A DNA stretch of 64,000 bases, from positions 4,096,001 to 4,160,000 of the forward strand of contig OZ245006.1 in the NCBI GenBank assembly GCA_965223545.1. Reading direction: 5' to 3'. Below, piece after piece: positions 10,611-20,438 of this stretch. Position 1 is the stretch's first letter. Every line of letters begins with the position of its first letter. A program made the position numbers and the translations under genes. The notes below the pieces were generated by a model. That model was given only the letters and a program-made list of their open reading frames with translations. It was not told the DNA's origin and did no database searches. The stretch is from Planctomycetota bacterium. Lineage in GTDB: Bacteria > Planctomycetota > UBA1135 > UBA2386.

Positions 10611-11620
10611 CGACCGCCCGCGGCCAGGGAGCGTCTCGTTCCCACCGGCACTGGCTGCCGACTTTCGCGCTGCTGTTGGGCGCGGCAGCATTGACCGCGC
10701 AGCCGGAGCGGCGTGCCAATCCCTTCACACCGTTCGATCTGAGTGCCTTCGAGCAAGAGATGCAGGCCCTCGGGGTGGATGCGGAACGCCTGGCACAGCT
10801 TCGGCAAGACGTCGAGGAAGGCTCCCTCGCGCGCGCGGTGGACGACTTGTTGCGTGAGCGCAACGAGAGCTACGACCGTGCCGTCGGTCTGGCCGAAGAC
10901 GGCGATCCGCGCGCCGCGCTCGAGCTCACGAAGGTCTTGGCCTCGACGCAAGACGCGCGGCTCCGCGGCCACTGCCGCTACCACCTCGGCCGCGTGTTCC
11001 TCGACGCCGACGATCCCGAAGCCGCCGCGGGCGTGCTCGCCGAGTTCTTGCGCGACGACCGCAACCGGACGCCGCTCGACGGCGAGGTGATGTTCTTCTA
11101 CGCGCGGGCGCAGGCCGATCTGCCGGCGCCGGAGATGGCGCAGCAGGTGCTGCGCAGCTTCTTGGACCACTTTCCCAACGCCCCCGAACGCTACGTCTCG
11201 GCGGCGCTGCAGCAGATCGCCGAGCTCGAGGCGCAGGTCGGACCGCTGCACGAAGTCGCCGACGTCATGAAGGTGTGCGAGCGGCGCATCCGCAAGACCG
11301 ACACCGGCAAGGACACCCAGGAGCGGCAAGAGCAGGTGATCAGCCAACTCGAGACCATCCTCGAGGAGATGATCCAGCGGGAGAGCCAGAGCGGCGGGCC
11401 CGGGGGCGCGGGCAACACGCCGGCGTCGTTCAGCGCGGCGCCGCCGGGCGAGTCGCGCATCGGCAATCTCGGTTCCAAGGCCGGCATCGCCGACCGGTGG
11501 GGCAGCATGCAGGACCGCGAGCGCGACGCCGTCGTCAGTGAGCTGCGCGACAGCCTGCCCGGCCACTACAAGCAGATGCTCGAGGAGTACTACCGGCGCC
11601 TGAACGCCGGCCGGCAGTGA
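10607..11620 (+). CDS. Exported TPR-like protein
   Basis: ATGA overlap; hydrophobic leader; TPR-like helices (YHLGRVFL, FFYARAQ); C-terminal WG...YKQMLEEYYRRL. Confidence 0.65.
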   Translation: MTTARGQGASRSHRHWLPTFALLLGAAALTAQPERRANPFTPFDLSAFEQEMQALGVDAERLAQLRQDVEEGSLARAVDDLLRERNESYDRAVGLAEDGDPRAALELTKVLASTQDARLRGHCRYHLGRVFLDADDPEAAAGVLAEFLRDDRNRTPLDGEVMFFYARAQADLPAPEMAQQVLRSFLDHFPNAPERYVSAALQQIAELEAQVGPLHEVADVMKVCERRIRKTDTGKDTQERQEQVISQLETILEEMIQRESQSGGPGGAGNTPASFSAAPPGESRIGNLGSKAGIADRWGSMQDRERDAVVSELRDSLPGHYKQMLEEYYRRLNAGRQ

Positions 11621-12819
11621 CGCTGTCCAAGACCGCTGCGTGGTGGCTTCTGCTGGCGCCCTCGGTGGCGGCGCAGGACCCCGTGCGCATCGACACCATC
11701 ACCGGCGAGACCGCGCTCGCCGACGAGGTCGCGATGGAGGGGGACACGGTGCGTTGGCGCGACGGCGGTGGTGCCTGGCAGGAGCGGTCCCTGCCGGAGG
11801 TGGCGAGTCTCGAGTTCACCGATCGGGCCACCGACTCACCGTTGGCGCCGATGTTGTGGTTGTGGTCGGGGACTGCGCTGCCGGCGCGTTTCCTCGCGGC
11901 GGCGGGGACGAATGCGCGGTTTGCGCTGCCGCTGGGCGCGGCCGAGCCCGTCGAGATCGCGCTGCCGTGGCGCGCGGTGCGCGCCGTGCGCTTCGACGCG
12001 CCGGGACCGATCGAGCCCGAGTTTGCCGCCCGCCTGCGCGAGCCGCCGGCCCAGCAGGACACGCTGTACGGCCGTCAGCCGGACGGCGGTCTGCAGCGCG
12101 TGTCGCTCGCGGTGCGCGGTGTGGAGGACGGGCGGCTCTTGGTGCACTTCGGTGGAGCCGACCGCACCATCCCGTTGGATCGCGTCTACGGGGTGGTGTT
12201 CGGCGAGCAGTCGGGGGCAGCTCCGGACCGGCAGCCCAACCCGCGCGCCACGGTGGTGAGCACGGGTGGGATCGCGCTCGAGGGTCGGCTGCAGCAGCTC
12301 TCGGAGCAGGTCGTGGTCCGCCTCGACGAGGGCGTCGAGCTGTCGCTGCCGCGCGCCGCGGTGGCCCGCGTGATCGTCAGCTCCGACAAGGTCCTGTATC
12401 TCTCCGCGTTGCAGCCCCGGGCCGAGCAGACGCCGGCCCTCGACCGCGTCTGGCCGTGGTGGGTCGATCGGCGGCCCGACGGTTCTGCGCTGCAGCTCGA
12501 CGGCAAGCGCTACGCGACCGGCTTGGTCTTGGTACCGCGCACGCGGCTGCACTTCGCGCTGCCGCGGCCGTTCGAGCTGTTCGAAGCGACGATCGGAATG
12601 GACGACCGCGCCGGGCCGTTGGCGCACGCGGTCTTTCGCGTCTTTGGCGATGGTGCCGTGCTGTACGACTCCGGCCCGATCGGCTACGGCGATCCACCGC
12701 GGCCGGTGCGGTTGCCGGTCGATGGCGTGCGCGAGCTGGCCCTCGAGGCGGACTTCGGTGACAACCTGGACTTGGGCGACCTGTGTGCGTTCGCCGCGGC
12801 ACGGGTGGTCAACCCGTGA
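11617..12819 (+). CDS. Exported NPCBM/NEW2 (putative carbohydrate-binding) domain protein
   Basis: GTGA overlap; signal peptide; C-terminal LYLSAL...GKRYATGL...FEATIGMDD...FRVFGDG. Confidence 0.75.
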   Translation: MTLSKTAAWWLLLAPSVAAQDPVRIDTITGETALADEVAMEGDTVRWRDGGGAWQERSLPEVASLEFTDRATDSPLAPMLWLWSGTALPARFLAAAGTNARFALPLGAAEPVEIALPWRAVRAVRFDAPGPIEPEFAARLREPPAQQDTLYGRQPDGGLQRVSLAVRGVEDGRLLVHFGGADRTIPLDRVYGVVFGEQSGAAPDRQPNPRATVVSTGGIALEGRLQQLSEQVVVRLDEGVELSLPRAAVARVIVSSDKVLYLSALQPRAEQTPALDRVWPWWVDRRPDGSALQLDGKRYATGLVLVPRTRLHFALPRPFELFEATIGMDDRAGPLAHAVFRVFGDGAVLYDSGPIGYGDPPRPVRLPVDGVRELALEADFGDNLDLGDLCAFAAARVVNP

Positions 12820-14657
12820 GCGTCGCAGGCTCGCACCGCGGAACCGGCGCGCGCGCGCTGGCCGTGTCGGCAGCGCTGGCTGCCGCCGCCGCCGCGCAGA
12901 CCGACGCCGCGCTCCAGCGCGTGCGCGCCCTGCAGGCCGAGCGGACCGCGATGGTCGCGCGCGTGGCGCTGGCGGTGTGCGCGGTGATGCCGCTGCACGG
13001 CGCCGGCGGCGGCTCGGGCGTGGTGTTCGACCCGCTCGGCTTCGTGCTGACCAACTTTCACGTCGTCAAACGCGGGCGCTCGCCGCGCCCGGCGCCGGCG
13101 GCGGACGACGCGGAGGCGGCCGCGCCCTTGCCGCCGCGCGACAACGACGCGCTCGAGCCGGCCGACGCCGAGGCGTTGCCGTTCGCGCTGCCCCACACCC
13201 CCCGGTTCGCCGCCCCGCCGGACACGGAGTCGACCGACCCGGCGTGGGCGACCATGAAGATCGGCCTGCCCGACGGTGAGCTCTACCTGGCCGACGTGCT
13301 CGGCATCGACCCCGGCAGCGACCTCGCCGTGTTACGGCTGCGGCCGCGCGCCGACGGCGCGCCGTATGCATGGGCGCCGCTGGGCGACTCGGACGCGCTG
13401 CTCGCCGGCGAGGGCGTGCTGGCGATGGGCAACCCGTTCATGCTCGCGACCGATTTCACGCCGACCGTCACTTGGGGCGTAGTGTCGGGCACGCACCGCT
13501 ACCAGCCCGGCGGCGCCAACCGCTTCTTGGTCTACCCCGATTGCATCCAGATCGACGCACCGATCAATCCCGGCAACTCCGGCGGACCGCTGTTCAACGA
13601 GCGCGGCGAAGTGGTGGGGATCAATGGACGCATCACCCTGCGGGATCGCGGTCGCGTCAACACCGGGGTGGGGTTCGCGATCGCCAGCAATCAGATCCGC
13701 AACTTCCTCGGCGACTTGATGGCCGGCAAACACGCCGAGCACGGCACTCTCGACCTCAACGCGTGGTTCATGAACGCGCCGGACGGCAGTGAGCGCGGCG
13801 TGTTCGTGCAATCGACGTTCGCCGATTCTCTGCCCGCGCAGCTGGGAGTCGGTGTCGGTGACGAGCTGCTGCGTTTCAACGGCACCGAGGTGCGCAGTGC
13901 CAACCAGCTGGCGACCCTGGTCGGCGTGCTGCCCGCCGGCTCCTGGGTGAGCCTCGAGTACCGGCCGCCGGCGCGCGATGGCGTCGAGCGCGCGCCACCG
14001 CGCGAAGTGGTGTTTCCGCTGCGGCGATTGGACACCGGTTCGTCGCGCGACGAGAACCGGGCGGCCGCGCCGGAGCACCGCCGCGCGGCGCGGCAAGCGC
14101 TCGCGCGCCGCTTCGCCGCGCCCGAGCAGCGGTCGCGGGGGCGATCGGTCGTGCTGCGGGGGCCGGCGGGAGACACGCTGTCGCTGGCGATGCTGGATGG
14201 GCGGCTGCGGTTGGAGCGCGGCTCGACCGTTTTGGTGGGCGGCGGCGCCGCGGACGGCTTCGCGGTGCGCGCAGGTGTCGTTGCCGACCTGTCGGCCGAG
14301 GAAGCCGCCGTGATCGATCGCCTGCGCACGTGTTGCCCGCTGCTGTACGACGGCGCCGGCCGGCAGACCTTGCTCGCCGAGACCACCCTCGAGGGAGGCG
14401 TGCACGTGTTCGGCGCGCCGGCGTACCGATTCGCGGTCGCCGGTGACGGCGAGCGTGAGGTCATGCTGTTCGGCGATGGCCGTCCCGCCGGGTGGCGGTA
14501 TCGAGATCCGGTGTTGGGCGAGCGGATCGAGGTGCGCGTCGATGCCGACGGCCGCCGCGCACGGTGGATCACCGAGACCTCCGAGCTGCGCGATGGATGG
14601 ACGGTCGAGTGGGGCCCGGCGCCGACCGCCGATCAGCTGGCGAGGCCGGGCTCGTGA
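12816..14657 (+). CDS. HtrA-like (S1C) serine protease with PDZ domain and C-terminal extension; intact triad
   Basis: GTGA overlap; His in LTNFHV, Asp in GSDLAVL, Ser in INPGNSGG; PDZ GDELLRFNG. Confidence 0.85.
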   Translation: MSVAGSHRGTGARALAVSAALAAAAAAQTDAALQRVRALQAERTAMVARVALAVCAVMPLHGAGGGSGVVFDPLGFVLTNFHVVKRGRSPRPAPAADDAEAAAPLPPRDNDALEPADAEALPFALPHTPRFAAPPDTESTDPAWATMKIGLPDGELYLADVLGIDPGSDLAVLRLRPRADGAPYAWAPLGDSDALLAGEGVLAMGNPFMLATDFTPTVTWGVVSGTHRYQPGGANRFLVYPDCIQIDAPINPGNSGGPLFNERGEVVGINGRITLRDRGRVNTGVGFAIASNQIRNFLGDLMAGKHAEHGTLDLNAWFMNAPDGSERGVFVQSTFADSLPAQLGVGVGDELLRFNGTEVRSANQLATLVGVLPAGSWVSLEYRPPARDGVERAPPREVVFPLRRLDTGSSRDENRAAAPEHRRAARQALARRFAAPEQRSRGRSVVLRGPAGDTLSLAMLDGRLRLERGSTVLVGGGAADGFAVRAGVVADLSAEEAAVIDRLRTCCPLLYDGAGRQTLLAETTLEGGVHVFGAPAYRFAVAGDGEREVMLFGDGRPAGWRYRDPVLGERIEVRVDADGRRARWITETSELRDGWTVEWGPAPTADQLARPGS

Positions 14658-15700
14658 TGCGCGCCGTCGCGGTGGCCGTCGTGGCCTGCTGGATCGGCGA
14701 TTCTTGCCGCGCCCAGCAGAGCTACGGTGAGGACTACGCCTTCGCCGAGCGGCCGCCGGCGAACCCGCTGGAAGAGCTCGTCGCGCGCACCCTGCCCAGC
14801 GTCGTCAAGGTGCACGGTGCGTCGGGGCTCGCCACCATCGATGCCTACGCGTCGGGCGTCGTCGTCAGCGAGCAGGGGCACGTCTTGACGCTCGACCTGG
14901 TGATGATCCAGCGCGGCCAAACCAGAGTCGTGCTGGCGGATGGCTCGGTCCACCAAGCCGAGGTGTATCCCTCGGATACGCGGCTCGGCGTACGCATGCT
15001 GAAGATCGACGCCGGCGACAAGGTGCTGCGCCCGCTGCGACTGCCCGCCCGCAACGACCACCGGCACGGGACCTTCTTGGTCTCGATCGGCAACAGCTTC
15101 CGGTTGGCCGAGTTCTCCGAGAAGTTGTCGGTGACGTTCGGCCTGCTGACGGCGCGCGCGCGCACCGGCCTGCGCTACCGCCTGTCCGACGTCGACTACG
15201 ACGGCGAGCTGCTGCTCACCGACGCCCCCAACAATCCCGGCCACTACGGCGGTGCGCTGGTGACGACCGCCGGCGATTGGGTCGGACTGAACACCCGCTT
15301 GCTCGAGTCGCGCGAGACCAACACCCAGCTCTCGGCGGCGATCCCGACCGCGGATCTCGCCGCCTACATCGCGCGGTTTACCGAGCCAACGTCCGTCGCC
15401 GACGAGGATGCGGAGCAATCGAAGCCGCCACCGGTCTACCACGGCATCCGCTTGTTCGACGAGGGGCTGCGCCGATCGCCGCCCGCCTACGTCGAGCGGG
15501 TCGAGCGCGACTCGCCCGGCCGTGCCGTGGGGCTGCGCGCCGACGATTTGATCGTCCGGGTCGACGACTTTCCGGTGCGGACCTGCGCCGAGTTTCGCCG
15601 CGTGATGGCGAAGTTCGCGCCGGGCGACACGGTGCAGGTCACGTTCAAGCGCGGTCGCCGCGTCCTGCGCGAGGCGATGACGCTGGAGGAGGGGCGATGA
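14657..15700 (+). CDS. HtrA-like protein with PDZ, catalytically degenerate
   Basis: Trypsin-fold motifs present but VLTLDLV (no His), DTRLGV (no Asp), NNPGHYGG (Ser to Tyr). Confidence 0.8.
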   Translation: MRAVAVAVVACWIGDSCRAQQSYGEDYAFAERPPANPLEELVARTLPSVVKVHGASGLATIDAYASGVVVSEQGHVLTLDLVMIQRGQTRVVLADGSVHQAEVYPSDTRLGVRMLKIDAGDKVLRPLRLPARNDHRHGTFLVSIGNSFRLAEFSEKLSVTFGLLTARARTGLRYRLSDVDYDGELLLTDAPNNPGHYGGALVTTAGDWVGLNTRLLESRETNTQLSAAIPTADLAAYIARFTEPTSVADEDAEQSKPPPVYHGIRLFDEGLRRSPPAYVERVERDSPGRAVGLRADDLIVRVDDFPVRTCAEFRRVMAKFAPGDTVQVTFKRGRRVLREAMTLEEGR

Positions 15701-16923
15701 GGCCGGCGTCGATCGCGGTGTGCGCGGTGCTGGCGGCGCCGGCCGTGGCGCAGCAACGCGCCGCGGAGTTCGCCGCACTCGAGGAGGTGCTGCGCGCCGC
15801 CATCGACCGGGCCGCGCCCAGCGTGGTCTTGGTCGAGACCTTCGGCGGTGTGCGCAAGGTGTTGGCCGGCGGTGCCGAGGACGCCGACGCGCCCAAGGCC
15901 GCGCCGGAGCCGCGCCCGGCCGAGCCGCCGAAGGGTGAGCCACCGGAGGGCGCCCCCCCCGCCGATCCGCCGGAGGCCGATCCCCCCGAGGGCGAGCGCA
16001 AACCGCCGGTCGGGCCACTGCGCCAGCCCGGCTTCCTGCAGGCGCAGGGCGCGACCACCGGCATCGTGGTCTCCGCCGACGGTTGGATCTTGGTGTCCCG
16101 CTTCGCGCTGAACTTCGACCCATCGACCATTCTGGTCACCACCGCGGACGGGCGTTCCTTCCACGCGCGCCGCGCCGGGGAGGACACCAGCCGGGGCATC
16201 GCGCTGGTCAAGATCGACACCACCGGGCTGCCGGTGCCCGAGTTCGTGCCGGCGGCGGCGGTGCGGGTGGGGCAGTGGGCGTTCGCCCTGGGGCGGACGT
16301 TCGGCCGCGCCGACCCCAGCGTGCACATGGGGGTGGTCTCGGCGCTCGGACGGCAGTTCGGGCGCGCGCTGCAGACCGATGCCGCGACCTCGCCCGCCAA
16401 CTACGGCGGCCCGCTGATCGACATCGAGGGTCGGGTCCTGGGGGTTTGCGTGCCGCTGTCCCGCAGCGGGCGCGATGCCGGCGTCGAGCTGTACGACTCC
16501 GGCATCGGATTCGCGACGACGTTGGCGGATCTCGAGCCGGTGCTGGCCCGCATGCGCGCCGGCGAGGAGCTGCACCGCGGCTGGCTGGGCGTCACCTCGG
16601 CGCCGCACGACTTCGGCCCCGGCGCTCTGATCGCCGCGGTGATGCCGGGCAGCCGGGCCGAGTCCATCGGCCTGCGCGCGGGGGATCGCATCGCTTCGGT
16701 CGACGGCGTGGCGTTGCGCAACGGCTTCCACCTGCAGAACCTGGTCAGCGCGCGCATGGCCGGGGACGCGGTCGACCTGGTCTTGGTGCGCGAGCTGCGG
16801 GCGCTGCGAGCGCGCGTCACCTTGGCGCCGATTCCGGCAGCCGAGCGCGAGGCGAAGAAGCCCAGCGAGGAGGCGTTCGAGCTGCCGTGGGAACAGGGCC
16901 AGCCCGACGGCGACCGCCGGTGA
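15697..16923 (+). CDS. HtrA-like protein with PDZ, catalytically degenerate
   Basis: ATGA overlap; ILVSRFA (no His), DTSRGIAL (no Asp), TSPANYGG (Ser to Tyr); PDZ GWLGV...GDRIASVDG. Confidence 0.8.
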   Translation: MRPASIAVCAVLAAPAVAQQRAAEFAALEEVLRAAIDRAAPSVVLVETFGGVRKVLAGGAEDADAPKAAPEPRPAEPPKGEPPEGAPPADPPEADPPEGERKPPVGPLRQPGFLQAQGATTGIVVSADGWILVSRFALNFDPSTILVTTADGRSFHARRAGEDTSRGIALVKIDTTGLPVPEFVPAAAVRVGQWAFALGRTFGRADPSVHMGVVSALGRQFGRALQTDAATSPANYGGPLIDIEGRVLGVCVPLSRSGRDAGVELYDSGIGFATTLADLEPVLARMRAGEELHRGWLGVTSAPHDFGPGALIAAVMPGSRAESIGLRAGDRIASVDGVALRNGFHLQNLVSARMAGDAVDLVLVRELRALRARVTLAPIPAAEREAKKPSEEAFELPWEQGQPDGDRR

Positions 16924-16941
16924 GGCCGGGCACCGACCGCG

Positions 16942-17544
16942 TCATTCGGTGAGCAGCGGTGCCGGCTCGCCGAAGCGCGCGCCGAACACGAACTCCGGCA
17001 GTGGGCGCCGCGCGCGCGGCGCGTCGTCGCGCTGCAGCAGCGGGTCGGGCAGGTCGGGGCGCGCGCCGGCGTAGCCGAGCGCCAAGCCGGTCAGCGCGTC
17101 GTGGTCTTGGGGGATCGCGAACTGCTCGCGGGCGCGGTCCGGCAGGATGCCGATCATCTGGTGCACGGCGATGCCGCGGGCCGTGGCCTCCACCGACAGA
17201 TTGGCCACGGCCAGGCCGAGGTCGTGCTCGGCAGCCGCGTTGGGCTTGTCGTTGCGGGCGAAGCGCCGCGACACCACGCCGATCGCCAGGGCCGCGGCGT
17301 GTTTGGCCCACGCTTGGTTGGCCTCGACCAAACAGGAGAGGATCTCGTCGAAACCGCGGTCGTCCCGGCGGGCGACGACGAACCGCCAGGGCTGCTCGTT
17401 GTACGAAGAGGGCGCCCAGCGCGCTGCCTCGAACAACGCGAGCAGATCGGCGCGTTCGATGGGGCGATCGGTGAACGAGTACGGGCTCCATCGCCCGGCG
17501 ATCAACTCGTGGATCGGGTGATCGTGGTCGGCGCGTTTGCTCAT
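16942..17544 (-). CDS. Nitroreductase family protein
   Basis: RWSPYSF, ARWAPSSYNEQPWRF, HQMIG; RBS GAGGAG before ATG 17544. Confidence 0.9.
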   Translation of the reverse strand: MSKRADHDHPIHELIAGRWSPYSFTDRPIERADLLALFEAARWAPSSYNEQPWRFVVARRDDRGFDEILSCLVEANQAWAKHAAALAIGVVSRRFARNDKPNAAAEHDLGLAVANLSVEATARGIAVHQMIGILPDRAREQFAIPQDHDALTGLALGYAGARPDLPDPLLQRDDAPRARRPLPEFVFGARFGEPAPLLTE

Positions 17545-17608
17545 TGGGGCTCCTCGAGCGGTTTGGCGATCGTAGCGATGCACGCCGGGTCGCGAATAGA
17601 CTCTTCCC

Positions 17609-18586
17609 GTGCGCGCGCTGCGAACGACCGCCCTTGCCGCTGTTCTGCTGACCCCGATGGTTGCATTGGTGCTGTGTCGCGAGCTCCGCCCCGACGGCCA
17701 AGTGCCGCAGCAGGGCGCCTGGACGCGGCCGGTGGCCGAGCGCGAGCGGGATCCGTTTCCGCGCACCTTCGTCAACGCCGACGGCGAGGTCGCCCACATC
17801 GCGGCCGCGCCGCAGCGCATCGTCTCGGCGACCGTGTTTTCAGATGCCGTGCTGCTCGACATCTGCCCCGCCGATCGGTTGGCCGCGGTGCTCGAGCTCA
17901 GCTCCGATGCGCGCTACAGTCCGGTGGCGGCCGCTGCGGCGGCGTTTCCTCGCCGCATCGGCGGGGCGCCCGAGGAGATCCTCGCCGCCGCGCCCGACCT
18001 GGTCGTGGTCGCCGGCTTCAGCCGCAAGGAAGTCCGCAACCTGCTCGGCGGCGAGGGGTGCGCGGTGCTGCGCTTTCTGGGCTTCGACGATATCGGCGCC
18101 ATCCAGAACAACATCCGGGCGCTGGGCTACGCGGTCGGGCTCGACCGGGCCGCCGAGGGGCTGGTCGCCGAGATGGCGGCCGAGCTCGCCGCGGCGGCAA
18201 ACGGCCGTGAGGGCAGGGCGGATTGGCGACTGTTGCACTACGCCAGCGGGTTCACTTCGGGGACCGGGACCACCTTCGATGCGCTCTTGGCGGTGGTCGG
18301 CGCCACCAATGCCGCCGCCGAGCTGTCGGTGCGCAGCTTCCAGGCGATTGCCCCGGAGCAGGTGTTGATCCTCGACCCGGATGCGCTCGTGGTCGGCGTC
18401 GAACCGGCTGGCGAGGCGGCGGTCCGCGAGCAGCTGCTGCAGCTCCCCGGCTTCGCGGCGCTGCGCGCGCTGCAGCGCGACCGCCTGCTGCTCGTCCCCA
18501 ATGCCCTGCTGCTGTCGACCTCGCACCACGTGGCGCAGGCCGCCACGCACATCGCGGCCGCGCTCGACGACTGGGGCAACCCGTGA
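17609..18586 (+). CDS. ABC transporter substrate-binding protein (cobalamin/Fe-siderophore/heme, BtuF-like)
   Basis: PQRIVS, EEILAAAPDLVV, EQVLILDPD motifs; operon with permease and ATPase. Confidence 0.8.
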   Translation: MRALRTTALAAVLLTPMVALVLCRELRPDGQVPQQGAWTRPVAERERDPFPRTFVNADGEVAHIAAAPQRIVSATVFSDAVLLDICPADRLAAVLELSSDARYSPVAAAAAAFPRRIGGAPEEILAAAPDLVVVAGFSRKEVRNLLGGEGCAVLRFLGFDDIGAIQNNIRALGYAVGLDRAAEGLVAEMAAELAAAANGREGRADWRLLHYASGFTSGTGTTFDALLAVVGATNAAAELSVRSFQAIAPEQVLILDPDALVVGVEPAGEAAVREQLLQLPGFAALRALQRDRLLLVPNALLLSTSHHVAQAATHIAAALDDWGNP

Positions 18587-19617
18587 AGCCGCGCATGCGC
18601 GCGCGGACGTTCGTCGCGCTGGCTGGCGCTGCGCTGCTGGTGGCGGCGGTCGCTCTGTGGCTGCGCCCGTCGGCCGGCTTTGGCTGGGATCGCGTGCTGC
18701 GGGGCTTGGCCGGGGGCTTCGGCGTGGAGGACGCGGCCTCGCCCATCGACGTCGCGGTCCTGTTCGAGCTGCGCCTGCCGCGCATTCTGACCGCGATCTT
18801 CGCCGGCGCTTCCCTGGCGGTCGCCGGCACGGTGATGCAGGCCGTGTTTCGCAATCCACTCGCGTCGCCCGACGTGATGGGCACCCAGGCCGGCGCCGCG
18901 CTGGGCGCGGTGATCGCCATCGCGTTGGGGATCGCGAGCGAGTGGGCCCTGGCCGCGCCCGCCGGGGCGTTCCTCGGCGCGGGCCTGGTGTCGGCGATCG
19001 TCTTCGTCGCGGCCGCGGGGCCGGGCGGGGTCACGGTCACCGGCGTGCTGCTGGCGGGCATGGCGCTCAATTCGCTGGTGGGTGCCGCCACCGCGTTCGT
19101 GGTCTCGGTGTTCCACCACGGTGACTTCACCCGCAGCGGCGAGCTGCTGCAGTGGTTGATGGGCGGGCTGGAGAACTCGACGCTGCAGGCGGCGGCCATC
19201 GTCGGCGGTGGCCTGCTGGTGTTCGGCAGCGCGACGCTGCCGTTCTGGCGCGACCTCGACGTCTTGACGCTCGAGGACGACAGCGCCGCGAGCCTGGGGA
19301 TCGACATCGTGCGGTTGCGGATCGTGCTGCTGGTGTTGGCCTGTGGCGTGACCGCGACGGCGGTGTCCAGCACCGGCGGCATCGCCTTCGTCGGGCTGGT
19401 CGTGCCGCACATGGCGCGGCTGCTCGTCGGGCCAGCGCACCGCGCGCTGATCCCGAGCGCCGCGGTCGGCGGCGCGCTGATCCTGTTGTTGGCGGACTGC
19501 GTGGTGCAGTGGTTCGGCGTCGAGGTCAACCTGCGCATCGGCGTGGTGACGGCGACGCTGGGCGCGCCGTTCTTCCTCTACCTGCTCGCCCGCCACCGCC
19601 GGGGGTACGCGCTGTGA
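18583..19617 (+). CDS. FecCD/BtuC family permease
   Basis: GTGA overlap; RLPR, QAVFRNPLASP, GIAFVGLVVPH, GAPFF. Confidence 0.9.
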   Translation: MKPRMRARTFVALAGAALLVAAVALWLRPSAGFGWDRVLRGLAGGFGVEDAASPIDVAVLFELRLPRILTAIFAGASLAVAGTVMQAVFRNPLASPDVMGTQAGAALGAVIAIALGIASEWALAAPAGAFLGAGLVSAIVFVAAAGPGGVTVTGVLLAGMALNSLVGAATAFVVSVFHHGDFTRSGELLQWLMGGLENSTLQAAAIVGGGLLVFGSATLPFWRDLDVLTLEDDSAASLGIDIVRLRIVLLVLACGVTATAVSSTGGIAFVGLVVPHMARLLVGPAHRALIPSAAVGGALILLLADCVVQWFGVEVNLRIGVVTATLGAPFFLYLLARHRRGYAL

Positions 19618-20438
19618 CCCGGCTGGCCGCCGATGCCGTCACGGTCTCGCTCGGTGGCGTCGAGGTGCTGCGCGACGTCTCGCTGCAACCCGAGCCCGGC
19701 GCGGTGACGCTGGTGTGCGGGCGCAACGGCAGCGGCAAGACGACGCTGCTGAAGACACTGGCAGGTCTGCGGGCGCCCGACAGCGGTGTGGTCAGGGTGG
19801 ACGGCACCTCTTTGGCCACGATGGCCCCGCGCGAGCGCGCCCGTCGGGTGACGCTGATCCCCCAGCACGCCGACTCGCCGTTCGAGTTCACCGGACGGCA
19901 GCTCGTCGTCATGGGCAGGCACGCCCACGTGGCGAGGTTCGGCCGGCCGGCGCCGGCGGACCGCGCGGCGGTGGAGCGCGCGCTGCACCGCGCGGACGCG
20001 ATGGCGTTCGCCGACCGGCCTGTGCACCAGCTCTCGGGTGGCGAGCGCCAGCGCATCAGCATCGCCCGCGCGCTGGCGACGGAAGCGCCGGTGGTGCTCG
20101 CCGACGAGCCCACTGCCAACCTCGACCTGGACCATGCCCTGTCGCTGTTGGCGGTGTTTCGCGCCCTGGCACGCGACGGCGGCACGGTCGTGCTCGCCGC
20201 GCACGATCTCAACGCGGTGGCGCCGCGTGTCGACCGGGTCGCGGTCCTGCACCGCGGCACGGTGGTGTGCTTCGACACGCCCGAGCGGGCGCTGGCGCCC
20301 GCGCGGTTGCGCGAGGTGTTCGGTGTCGAGTGTGGCAGTGGCGGGTTTCCGCGCACGTTCTCACTGCCGCCGCGTGCCGGCGACAGCGAGATCGACGGCG
20401 CCCCCCCCGAGGCTCCCCTCCCCGAAGCCCCTCAGTAG
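19614..20438 (+). CDS. ABC transporter ATP-binding protein (FepC/BtuD-like)
   Basis: Walker A GRNGSGKT, LSGGE, LADEPTANLD. Confidence 0.9.
   Translation: MTRLAADAVTVSLGGVEVLRDVSLQPEPGAVTLVCGRNGSGKTTLLKTLAGLRAPDSGVVRVDGTSLATMAPRERARRVTLIPQHADSPFEFTGRQLVVMGRHAHVARFGRPAPADRAAVERALHRADAMAFADRPVHQLSGGERQRISIARALATEAPVVLADEPTANLDLDHALSLLAVFRALARDGGTVVLAAHDLNAVAPRVDRVAVLHRGTVVCFDTPERALAPARLREVFGVECGSGGFPRTFSLPPRAGDSEIDGAPPEAPLPEAPQ

Noticed and set aside
1551..10691. Very long antisense and alternate-frame ORFs (e.g. 1551-4319, 3035-5743, 6128-8269, 8553-10691), and similar ones throughout the window
   Set aside because: Shadow ORFs expected at about 70% GC; R/G/A/P-rich, no motifs, and they overlap well-supported genes
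16942..17544. BluB or a cobalamin riboswitch linked to the BtuF-like importer
   Set aside because: Sequence fits a generic nitroreductase, and no B12-box or space for one is present
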